Shown here piece by piece: positions 24,601 to 34,949 of a stretch of DNA of 36,167 nt. This DNA is from Phoronis australis. Lineage: Eukaryota; Animalia; Phoronida. Every line of letters starts with the position of its first letter. The stretch's first letter is position 1. The translations under genes and the position numbers were made by a program. Location of the stretch: the NCBI GenBank assembly GCA_002633005.1, contig NMRA01000911.1:1-36167 (forward strand). The letters are read 5' to 3'. Below the pieces are notes generated by a model. That model was not told the origin of the DNA. It did no database searches and worked only from the letters and a program-made list of their open reading frames with translations.

Positions 24601-27600
24601 TTTTACAAATCAGTGTTGTATAAACAGCACGATAAATATCCAGTAAGTTAAGTTGTCTTATACTGATAGCTTTTACCCGTCTGTTATTAAGATTTGTTGT
24701 CTTTATTGCAGAGTGTGCCTTCAACAATGGTTGGATAAGGAAGGCTACCCAGACAACACACCGTACGCACTTACAAACTGCAGCTCGTGAACCTATGAAT
24801 TGAGTTATCTGAGCTCAGAAACGTGCATTTGTGGTCACAAAACATGGATTATTTGCCTGTGAAGCTAAGCAAGCAGATCCAGCTAAAGAAGATTAAGTGG
24901 CTTGTGGTCTACCATAGGGCCCTTTCACATTGACTTAACTCTTGTCTGAGCAGAGCATCGGCGTATACTGCGAAGTTAACTGGACCGTTCATTTTGGCTT
25001 CGGTAGTTAATGAACTTCGAAGTAAACAGTAGGTGACGCTGTCGTGATCGAAGGTATCGCAAGGTAGCACTGCATGCTAAGATGTGACAACTTGGGAATA
25101 TTCACATGTGTTAATTGACATAAAACTTATTTCTAAATTGATAGGTGATTATTTGAGCAAGGAATAAGCAACTATTATCCATCACACCATTATGCAATTG
25201 TTAATGATAACAGTGGCCCCTGGTAATAACTTCGATAGGACCGAAGTTGATCGTTGATACTGCGTGGCAGCGTTGACGCTAAGCAATTAAATCCACCTGT
25301 TTAGTGCGAAGTTAACTGGCGCTGTTAACTTCCTTCCAGGACCAAAGTTTAAGCGTTCATAATGACATTAACTCCCAAAAACTTTGACGCGTCGATGTTA
25401 GTAAACGAGAAAGAATATTTTTGTGGTCAAAGGTCTAAGTTTTCTAATTTTCATCTCGTATAACCAGGTTGTACTTACAGTTACTTTTAGTGAAACTTGT
25501 TCGCACCATGGAGTGTATTGGATTTACTGTTATTATGATTGTCAACAAAATGAAACTTTGACTTTTAAATTGATATTTTTAATGTTGAAAACACTTATAG
25601 GTGATTCTAGGCACTATTTCTAGCATGAGAATTGTACTTCCCAAAATCAAACCTGCGGCCATTGTCGATAAACTTTTAGTTACTTGTTACGTTTTATGTT
25701 ATGCTTTTGTCTCTGCAGATATTCTTGGATTTTGCATATTAAGTGATTTCTTATTCTTGGTGTCATTGCTGTAATTTTAGTTGAAAAAGTCTGCTGTTGA
25801 AACGTAGACTTTTGTTGTAGTCCTTCCTGGCTATGTAATCACATTTTCTTCGGTTGTGTTTCATGATTTGGTAGTGATTTCTCTGTTTGTACATTCCATT
25901 TTGCTCCCTCAGTTATCCTATAATTGTCATAGACTGAGAACAATGCAAATATGAATTTATCATTAGCCTCATTTAGTTTTCACTGCATTGTATGCATGAC
26001 ACTTGATGAACTGATTTTTGAAATGTTTCTGGTTTTTAAGATTTTGATATTTCACTTACGTTCACTTATTTTAAGGAACTAGTGTATTTTAGGAAGTGCA
26101 TTTTATTTTCTGCAATTAATCACTGTTAATGAAATGTTAACAGAACTCTAGTTTGTTAAATCTTTATGAGTATCATTAAATTTGTTACTTTACTCCACTC
26201 TTGTTTTAGTGAAAGTCGAAATTTTTGAATGCCTGTCCTATTGAAAATAATTCCTTTTAGAAAACTTCAGTTTTCAAAAGTTAGTTCCTTGAAAATTTAT
26301 TTTCAGAAAACTTAGTTTTCAAAAACTTAAGTTTCGATGGCTTATGTTTGTTACTAAAAACTTGTTCCAAAACTTAAGTTTTTCAAAAACTTAAATTTCT
26401 GTAACTTAAGTTTTTCAAAACTTAAGTTATGAAAACTTAAGTTCGTTCCAAAAAAACTTGTTCCAAAATACGTGATTGAAAACTTAAGTTTTTCGATGAA
26501 AACTTAAGTTCATTTTTGTAAGGGAATGGCCAAGACGTTGTTCATTTAGCTTCTTGCATCTATTTGCACCAAAAACTCCTGCATGATTTTGTTCAAGACA
26601 AATCTTGAATATTACAGCAGTATATTCCAGGGTACGTTATGGTCTCCCTATAAATAATTCTCTCTCTGTCTATCTTTTACACAGATAATTAAAGTCTACA
26701 TTACTCGGAAGAGATACTTGTTTTGGTGGGTTTTTACTTGTTTTCAAGTGAATTGAAATTAGAACTGTCTAAGTTTTCAGGAAGCATTGCAAAATAACGC
26801 TAGTTCGGTCCCGGGAGTACGTGCATTTACTTTGTATATTTAACTGGCTATAATTTCTAAATTAAGGATTCAAGTTTGTTTGCTCCTTTGCCACTTTCGA
26901 TGCTCCGTCACATTGAAAAAATATTGTGAGTTTTCTACACGTTTTCCCCGCGTTGTTTTTTCTAAGCTAAACAAGGGCAATGTCAGATTTCTTTGTAAAC
27001 CCTAGGCAAAAATGGTCAAAGCATCAAGAGTTCACAAAATATGGATTTAACTCCCGCCACTAATAAAGGAGATAAATGTCTCACCTCTTTGTAACGGAGG
27101 GGACATTTTGGATTTCAACTACTACAAGTTTTTCATAAAATCGCAAACACTTTATTGTCTGGACTATGCAGAACCAGTTCCTGAAATGATTTTTCAAAAA
27201 TTTATTTTCCTTCAATCTGTAATCGCTCTTTAAGTGATATCTATCAGTTTATGAAACAAATTTACTGCAATGAGAATGGAAAACAAAACAAATGTGAAAC
27301 TCTTCAAATCAGGTGATTTTCAGTACACGTCGAGGTAGAAGGAAGGAACAGTTGTTAGGAAATAATTAACTTTATATTAACGTTAATATTTTTTTCTGTT
27401 TCAGATAACAAAATCCAGGAAATAAAATGGATTGTTGGGAAATACTGTACAATTCCTTTATGGGCCTATTTCTTTACCGTGGTCTGCGTTTTGGCCGTTA
27501 TCACTGGCTTGGCTTGGCACACTGTACTGTTGGCAGCAAGGGGTGGAGACGTCTTCGAAGAGCTTCGTTTTTACTTCTCGTTGATTGCAAGCAACAGCTG

Positions 27601-29557
27601 CACTGTTTTCCTTGTGATCTTTGGTACCGCTGTTCTTTGTTATCGAGTTTATTTACCTTCTCATTCATGGATGCGATGTCTAATTACCGGAACAATTGTG
27701 CTCATTGTCTTTTCTGCAGTTGCGTGGCTTTGTTTACCCGATTGCCTAACATTCTTCTCCAACATGAGCGAGATTACGCTTCACGTGACGAGTAGGGCTG
27801 TTGTCGGGGTTTCCACATCGATTGTCCTGCTTATACTCTTGGCATTCACGTTGGTAAAACGCTGGGAAGATTTTCAGAAGTTCGTGCTTCTCGTCTTTTG
27901 CCAAAGACCTCCGTCACCGCCTAAAAAAGCACCGATACATATAATTGAAGTACACTTTAGTGCTTGGGAATATGCAGGTTCCGATTTTCTTTGGGCAGGC
28001 ATTGTGTGTAACATGTCTGATAAAGTGCAGAAGTATTTTGGGTTCTGGAAAACGCGATTATTTCAGATTTTGACTGCGTTCACAAACATGTCACATGTAG
28101 ATGGTGAACGAACCAATGTATCTGCAGACACCAAATACGTGAACGTTCAACAACGATGCATTTCCTTCCTACCCTGCTATATGGTGGTCTGGTTTTGTTT
28201 CTGTGTGGCGTCAGTCATCTGTCTTTGGGGCTTTGATATGGTTGCGCAAACATGTTTCCCAGACCACAAATATCCTGCCGTAATATTGCCAGTGACAATT
28301 CTTGTGGTGAGCTGTATTTACAGCCATATAGACGCCATTAAATCACTCCTTATATCACCGACACAGCGTATAATGAAAATGTACAAATCTCTTTCAAAGT
28401 CGTCATTTGAAGAAGAGTTGGGGTTCATGCATCGTGTTAAGTCGGAAATATTTAATTTGGCTGACTGCATGAAATACATGGAGTGTGTCGACCAAAGACA
28501 TTATCGCCTGTTGATAGTTATTGATGATGTTGATCGGTTAGAGAAGAAAAAAATATGCAAACTTTTACAAGCAGTGAATGTTCTCCTATCTGACACATCC
28601 AATCCCTTCATTTCCATTCTAGCTATTGACCCCAGAATTGTAGAAGCCGCTATAGAGCAATCTTTTGTGTTGGACATGAGTTCCACGTCTTTTCACGTAA
28701 GATCTTTCGAAGTGAGTGGCAATGAATACTTGAAGAAAATTGTCCACCTTCCTTTCTTTATACCTGTTCCGAGTAAGGATGATGTCAAGTTTTTCATGGA
28801 TTCTATGTTCAAGGAGACTAGCAACGTAGATTCAACATATAGGGAAAATGAAAGGGCAGAATTTCTACTACACAGTAGACGAGGTGAATCAGCTGGACTT
28901 AATACTGGTGGTGTGAATCCAGATAGTGGTTATCCCAAAACACCAACAAGAACTGGTGAACGTATTTTACGTACCGGGGGAAAAGATGAAGGGAGAGAAG
29001 AAGAATCAGGCGACAGTGAAGAAGACACCGACATGCAATTGGAAGACGGTGAGGATGCGGTAAGTGTAGCCCGCAAAGCATACCGCAATTATGCCGAGTT
29101 TATTCATCCCAATCCAAGGAGCATGAAGCGAATTTGTAATGTCATGATGCTGACCTTAAAACTGATGTGGAGAAATGGGAAAAAACAAAAATCAGACATC
29201 TTAGACTTAGCGTGGTGGACAATCTTGACAGAACAGTGGCCATGTGCAACAAACTGGTTGATCGCTGTTTACGAGGATGACAAAAATGATGTCCCCGGAG
29301 ATTTTTTTGTTGCGAATTTATTCAAAGCTAACAAAGAGGAACTAAGAGAGCTTGAAAAGACATCTTATTTTGAAACTATGGATCGCAATTCGAGGATGTT
29401 TTCTTCGTTTCTAAGAAAGCGCACATGGAAAGTCACTGACATGATGAAGTATGCATCCACTTCTGTAAACATCGATCACAGCCTCAGAGATAAAATAACA
29501 TGTATGAGGCGACAACGCGAGCAGAGCTCTTCTGAACAGAGAATTGTTGTCCCGTAA
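18545..29557 (+). CDS. Spliced gene (4 visible exons): ankyrin-repeat, multi-TM KAP-family P-loop NTPase (NKPD1/Kidins220-like); 5' end possibly incomplete
   Basis: Exons 18545-18640 (phase 0/0), 20522-20605 (0/0), 21188-21398 (0/1) and 27405-29557 (1/stop) have AG acceptors, the first three have GT donors, and they join in one frame. The product reads ankyrin repeats, Walker A GSWGAGKS, TM block, FSAWEYAG, TM block, Walker B LLIVIDDVDR, YLKKIVHLPF, NPRSMKR, and C-terminal QWPC/VNIDHSLR. Confidence 0.88.
18811..18965 (+). mobile_element. MITE family A copy 4 (3'-truncated), in a KAP gene intron
   Basis: catgggcacacccagcctaaagatgaggggctcgaatttttgagaatg matches the family 5' end; no right TIR seen. 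Confidence 0.65.
19667..19893 (-). mobile_element. MITE family A copy 5 (reverse orientation), in a KAP gene intron
   Basis: catacgcggacctagg...ctgggtgcgcgtatg; flanks acaaa / acaag; body is the reverse complement of copies 1-3. Confidence 0.8.
20522..20605 (+). CDS. Second ankyrin exon of the KAP NTPase gene
   Basis: acag|GAC...GTG|gtacgt; 84 nt translating DGRTPEDVARQKGHHSIVNHLKTFSTRV, which continues the previous repeat in phase 0 (HAKGN|DGRTP). Confidence 0.88.
21188..21398 (+). CDS. Walker A exon of the KAP NTPase
   Basis: ccgcag|GAT...TTT G|gtaaca; translates DADVSQTVSGESPDEPTDSLGYRDYADALAKVLFESRLPNGTTIGLLGSWGAGKSFLIKMLKKRIKKKNF. This has the KAP N-terminal D.LG...YA..LA and TIGL.G.WG.GKS signatures. 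Confidence 0.93.
22035..22398. mobile_element. Palindromic MITE-like element nested in the CMC element, cut at the N at 22399
   Basis: Starts tgggcccggt; 22082-22152 is an imperfect inverted copy of 22321-22391 (tttggca.ttt.ct...aact.aagataa...tgctcga.taca). Confidence 0.55.
24917..25402. mobile_element. Second, diverged copy of the Harbinger-type MITE, nested in the CMC element
   Basis: Shares gacttaa..ctgagc, actgcgaa.ttaact..accgttca..tggcttcgg, aaatccacctgttt, aagttaactggcgctgtta and acgcgtcga.gttagta with 16526-16974. Confidence 0.75.
27405..29557 (+). CDS. NKPD1: Large terminal exon of the KAP NTPase (TM segments, Walker B, C-terminus), NKPD1-like
   Basis: Polypyrimidine tract + cag acceptor at 27404; phase 1 (G|AT = Asp), in frame with ORF 27479-29557. 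Motifs HFSAWEYAGSDFLWAGIV, LLIVIDDVDRL, FISILAIDPRIV, NEYLKKIVHLPFFIP, PNPRSMKRICN, WTILTEQWPC and SVNIDHSLR resemble NKPD1/KAP proteins. The symbol denotes family likeness, not proven orthology. Confidence 0.9.
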
Positions 29558-30613
29558 TAGTCAAATAATAGTTGAATCTAAAACACGAGCCATTAAAACA
29601 CATAGTGACATGTTACATAAAACAGTGCCAAAAAAGAACTCCACCGCATTTTTGGATTTGAGGAAAATATCGCTTTTCGTCTTGGATCTACATTCTATGT
29701 TGAATTCTCACCGAAATTGTTTAAGTCTAAGACAACTTTTCATGAAACACCCCTGTTAGGTCTCTATTTATTTGGATTGAAATAAGTCCTTAGTTGTCAG
29801 ATAAATGATTAGAATGTGTCATTATTCAAACACGGGGTCATGAGGAAGATAAAAAGCTTGGAAAACATTTGACCGTAAACAAATACGGAGAATATTTAGG
29901 TAACTAAGGCGAGTCCCTATTTGGGACAGTTGTCATGCAACAGATTGCAGGTACTTATATACATCTGGAGACCCTGCCTACATTCCGGCTCACTCCCTAT
30001 AGTCGAGAGGTTTTTGGCTAACATCAACTATCCAAGAAACCTTGGGTCTGCATTGGCATTTGATGTCCAAGGGTAGGGCTGATCCGGTCCATTTCCGTCT
30101 TCAGATCTGCCACCTGGCCAGTGTGATGCGATGTGGGACTTACACACGAGTATACTTTCATAGACTTGTCAACGAATTCTGGTCTGAGACGTTATGCAGT
30201 ACGTGTAAAATTCTAAACACAGACTTCAAACATTTTTCGTAACTTCTGTCGCTAACGGCAGTCAAAAGATGGTTTGTTGATGTGCTTGGGACACTTCCAA
30301 TGCAGATTGATTATGGAGATTCGTTTGCGAGGTATGACACGTGGTGGATCACGCGATCACCTGAAAACGCCCGGGAGTATTCATCAGAATAAACAAGCCG
30401 CAAATACCTTTTAATTCACAAGTATCTTATCAATTGTAACGGAACTTAAATAGGTGACAGACAAGGCGCCTTTCTGATTCGCACCTCGACGTGTGTACTG
30501 TGATTCTATGCTCCACACTATTGATGGCCATTAACTTTACGCTGTCTAGTCGAGTAAAGAGTTTTTCATCGCCAGGAGAGCTATGGGTAAGCTCACAAGC
30601 TCACCTGCCTCCC

Positions 30614-31105
30614 AGTCGGTAACGCTAGGACCTCGCGAAAAAACAAGACTTCGCGAGATTACGTGAGATAATGCCATGTATTTTAAATGAGATCGCGTGA
30701 TTTTGACTAGATTTAGCTAGGTCCTAGCGTTACTGAACGCACGCCTGATCTTGTCACCAAACGTAGTGCATTGCATCACAAAGTGACAACACTCCTGCTG
30801 CTCGAATCCATTTGACATCTGAATGAAAATCAGTTGGTGTGAATGATTGAGCAATCTTAGAATTAGCTCAAAGACTTGAGCTCGTGGATGTAGGCCTGAT
30901 GCTGAGTGCGACAGTTCAACTTTGACAGCGGGGCCCTTCATCATTGCCAGCCTTCCGTTTAGTAGCGCTAGGACTTCGCTAAAAAGCAAGGCTTTGCGAG
31001 ATTACGTGAGATATTGTCATGCATTTTTATTGAGAACGCGTGACTTTGGCTAGAGTTGAGCTGGGTCCTAGCATAGGCCCAGGCGTTACTGACCGCACGC
31101 CTGAT
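30614..31105. repeat. Two nearby copies of a roughly 130-bp palindromic mini-element (30614-30749, 30964-31105)
   Basis: Both contain gctaggac.tcgc.aaaaa.caag.ctt.gcgagattacgtgagata...ggtcctagc...gttactga.cgcacgcctgat; the first has inverted ends tcggtaacgctaggacc / ggtcctagcgttactga. Confidence 0.75.
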
Positions 31106-31927
31106 TTCATGTATGGGAGCCATTAGTTACTTCAACATGAAGTTTGACCACAACTAATTGGAACTAGTCGACTCCGAGGTGTGGACTTCAGTTTTACCTT
31201 TTTAACGCAGCATGAGATTTTAGTGCTTGACAAACTTGTACATGTACATATAGGATACCGCCGTGTTTTTCATTGTCGATTGAGTGTTGGGTGTTTTAGT
31301 TTATTTAGCACTTTTAATTATGGATATATTGATACAAATGTAAAAAAAATCGATATCTCCTTTTGAAATCAGAGTTCAGCTAGCAAGAACAATCTTATTT
31401 CAATGAAACATTCGGATATTGACAAAAACGACTCGCATGTTGTCATTTTAGGTGATTTAGGTAATGTCCATCTTTTCTGCTACGCTGAGGTACTATTTAA
31501 CAAACTGATCAGTAAAACTATTCATGGTAGATATTGATTATTGGTATCTTTACGTCAAAAGCGGATTTTTAGCAGGGACTGCCTCTTCATACAGCTAAGA
31601 CAAAAACGCTTTCCACATGCCATCTTGATCGATTATTCGAACATTTTCCATCAAATTTCGGTTTCCCCATTATAGCATCTTTGACTGGCCAGTGTTAGCT
31701 TTGTGTAATGTGCACTATCATTGTGCTGACGATCGGCGTTACTTTAATTTCGACAAGGTCTGATTTTTCTTCCTTACGTCACTTCATAAGTCTAACACAA
31801 CCGACTTTCTCTCGACTCGAAAATACAAACATGGATAAAATACATGCTACATGTACATGTAAGTTGTCTAAAATATTGGTCTAGCCTTAGTTTCGGTGCA
31901 GTGAAAAAAGGAGTGTATTATACCTTT

Positions 31928-32073
31928 TAATTAGATGTTTGATTGTTTGCCTGAATAATTTTTACCTTGTAATTAGACGTTTTATTGTTTGCATAAACAG
32001 CCTTTCCTTGTAATTAGATGTTTGATTGTTTACAGAAATAGTTTTTACATTGCAACTAGATGTCTGATTGTTG
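31928..32073. repeat. About 42-bp minisatellite, roughly 3.5 copies
   Basis: Repeating taattagatgttt(t)gattgtttg...tttaccttg. Confidence 0.8.
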
Positions 32074-32495
32074 ACCATCTGGAATGAGTTGCATCAAGCT
32101 CTAAAACTTATAATATCCGCTGAATCAGTTTGATTATTGCATGGTGACACATTGTTTAACAGATGGTATCGTGGCGCGCGATAGTGTGACGTCATTTGTT
32201 GTTAATCAAAGTATAGGATAATGCAAAACTGACCTCTGCTTGTTTGCTTGACTTGTTTTGTGTTTCAATAAATAGATGTTTCAGTGTCGTGATGTGATTC
32301 AGTTTCATTGTTTCATGGTAACAAGATGTTGTTTTGGAAAATAAATGAAAATTGATAAAACCTAGTTCTTGCCGAGCTTTTTTCCAAACATTCCGTAGCC
32401 TTTATACCACAATATTAGCCACGAATGGCAGATACAACAGTGTAATAACCCACATAGTTATCTCACTGGTGAGATAACATTTTGGCGGGAAACCG

Positions 32496-32563
32496 AGGCC
32501 GGATTCGAACCCGGACCTCAAGAGTTTCAGGTCGCCGACTTAACTGCTACACCACTCAGCGGC
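32496..32563 (-). mobile_element. tRNA-like SINE head / tRNA pseudogene
   Basis: Minus strand gccgctgagtggtgtagcagttaagtcggcgacctgaaactcttgaggtccgggttcgaatccggcc: A-box-like, B-box GGTTCGAATCC and intact T-stem ccggg/tccgg, but poor anticodon and acceptor stems. Confidence 0.6.
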
Positions 32564-34622
32564 TGACGTCATCGAGCTTGAAAATAGAGTACTTAAATGA
32601 GCACGCGCAATAATCCCATGTTCAACAAACCGCATTGCACTGACATAAATATACGCTGTGAAAATCAACACGCACAATTTCTATAAAAACGATATTTAAA
32701 TTAAGCGAATTTTTTCTCTCATGTTCTCTCACTTGTAAATAACCAATCTCCAATTTGAATGCGGGTATCGTGTCGTCGGGAATTATTCTCAGTTACCAGT
32801 GGTAACCTACTTAAGCAGACGATAGTTTCCAGGTCGAACCTTAGCGTGATAAAATGTGTTTTAAGCTGGAAAACCTTAATTTATCAATTCACTTTATTTC
32901 TATTTTGTTAAAATTTCATTTGTTTTTGAGTAAAAGCATTATTTGACAAATATAGCTGGGCTTTTCTTAAAAGGTCACGACCTCCGATCCCGGGCCTCTG
33001 ACATAGAAAGTAGAAACAAAGCCGAGGCGAGTCGAGGAAGGTAAATCGATTCATTGCCATGTTTCTCGTTTAGGGTGTGGTATAAATAGATTCATATATA
33101 AATAGATGTATAATAGATATATAATTCATGTATAAATAGATATCGCCCCTCGGGCGATAATTCTCTAAAATCCACTCGGGTTCTAAATAACGGGGGATTA
33201 CGACTGCGCCATGTAACAATCTATATGCATCACAACAAATACATCGGTGTCTGAAATATAAAATGAAAAAATTATCAAAATCGCGTGGTGCATTCAAAAG
33301 TTAACGCTATACATGTGTCGAATTTTGACTGACTATTTTGGACGCGTCGGACATCTTGCGATGTCAGCAGTATAGGTTACAGATTTAAAGTGCTTAAACA
33401 TTATTTTCACAAATATTCTAGCTCGCAATTCACGTTAGACAACATGGCGACTTTTCGGAATCGAAAGGCATGTTCAACTGGCTACATTGTCATTGGTGAA
33501 GATTTATATTTGTAGACACACTTCTACAAAAATGGGGAATTTTCTCTTTGTTTGAATATAAAGTGTCCATTCAAATGATCTTGCAGTCTGCTACTTTCTG
33601 CTGAAATTGTTTTAAAATCGTTTTTTGTTTGAAAGCCAACTTTTGTTCAAGGCATGGTTATGTGTCACAGCAGAACACACATTCTTGTAATAATCTGAAT
33701 CAGTTGTGCTTTTGATTCACGTTTTGTAACTAGTTAATATCTACTTCAAGATATATCAAAGCAACAAAATGTGATAAATGTGACAGAAATGGATTATATT
33801 TGAATTATTAAGTGTGAAGCTTACTCGAATCCGTCTTCTCATAACTTCACGTTATTTATTATCGTGCTGGTCAAATTCTGGTTTAAGTAGGAACACTTTC
33901 GTGATTCTCAGTGGCTATGGTAACAATTATGCAAATCTGCTTTCATACTTAACATGAACTTGGTTCAGCCTGTATTGGGGAAAATTTCCAAAGTACATTC
34001 TAAGTTACTTACTGTGGCAAAAGTCTGTTAGGATCATTTTAGTTTGCATGATAATTTGTACTGAGATCATATTGGAAGGTGTAAAGTAAGCCTTAGCTGC
34101 AATGAAATTTTGAAACCCATGCGTCCGATATGTTCAAGAGACATTATTTTTCTCTCCAATGGGAGTGTGACAACGAGTGACAAAATCAGATTTGGGTAGA
34201 ATCGTTTAAACGATCAGCATCCTGTAAAAATGACAAAACTCAGACTAATTGATTTTATTTCATGATTATCAGGTGATAAGGTAATGCAAAGGTCGTGCAC
34301 ATGGTCCTGGGTTATATGATCGCAGGCACGTGATTGCGAATGCGACGCCATTTTTTCCTAGAAACTTTTCTATAACATAGATGAATTTGATAGCTCTGCG
34401 TATGATCCCTAATATGAAACTTTCAGAATCCGTTTGATTGATTCGTCAGAACGCTGAAAATCTAAAACACGACAATCAAAACGTGGACAGTGTTTATTGC
34501 CTTTTATATCAACGGGTTCCTGCTTTGCAAACACGACAAACGTTACAACATTACCCAAGCACTCGTTTTACGAATACATAGGATCGCTTTACTTTACTGT
34601 TTTGTAGGGAGGAAGCAAAAAG

Positions 34623-34854
34623 ATGTCTATGAAAAAGTTCACGGACGACTGCGTGAGTGCTCACAACAAATATAGAGCTAAGCACGGCGTGCAGAAATTG
34701 AGGCACTCAAAGACTCTCTCGTTCGAGGCGCAGAAATGGGCCGACCATTTGGCTTCCACTGGCAAGTTTGAGCACAGTAACGTGGAAGTGAAGGGAGAGA
34801 AGGTTGGCGAAAATATTGCTATGAAGTGGTCGTCGGCAGGCGAAGATTACACGG
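34623..34854 (+). CDS. GLIPR2: GAPR-1/GLIPR2-like CAP (SCP/PR-1) domain protein, coding exon (acceptor at 34607, frame open from 34608)
   Basis: MSMKKFTDDCVSAHNKYRAKHGVQKLRHSKTLSFEAQKWADHLASTGKFEHS...GENIAMKWSS contains HN.YR..H, AQ.WA..L and GEN CAP motifs with no signal peptide; donor G|gtgagt. Confidence 0.9.
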
Positions 34855-34943
34855 GTGAGTAGAGGTTTACACGGGTGCGCAGAGGTTTACACAGGTGAGC
34901 TGGTGTTTACACGGGTGAGATTTACATGGGTGAGGAGAGGTTT
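34847..34943 (+). repeat. 20-bp tandem repeat built from the exon/intron donor junction
   Basis: ttacacgggtgagtagaggt, ttacacgggtgcgcagaggt, ttacacaggtgagctggtgt, ttacacgggtgaga, ttacatgggtgaggagaggt. Confidence 0.85.
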
Positions 34944-34949
34944 TTGCCA

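Larger units (their letters stand above)
21479..26524. mobile_element. Non-autonomous CMC/EnSpm(CACTA)-like DNA transposon, about 5.0 kb, in the KAP gene intron
   Basis: Perfect 26-bp TIR cccttacaaaaatgaacttaagtttt / aaaacttaagttcatttttgtaaggg and 2-bp AA TSD (21477-21478, 26525-26526). Dense subterminal arrays of the palindrome AAACTTAAGTTT at both ends (about 21493-21780 and 26265-26510). Confidence 0.82.

Noticed and set aside
26689-27232. Kolobok-like element bounded by ttaaag...ctttaa
   Set aside because: Terminal similarity is too short to support a call without a database comparison.
27427-27795. 122-aa overlapping ORF
   Set aside because: Alternative frame within the KAP terminal exon, with no recognisable motifs.
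32496-32563. Functional tRNA (GAA anticodon)
   Set aside because: Anticodon and acceptor stems do not pair properly; treated as a SINE head or pseudogene.
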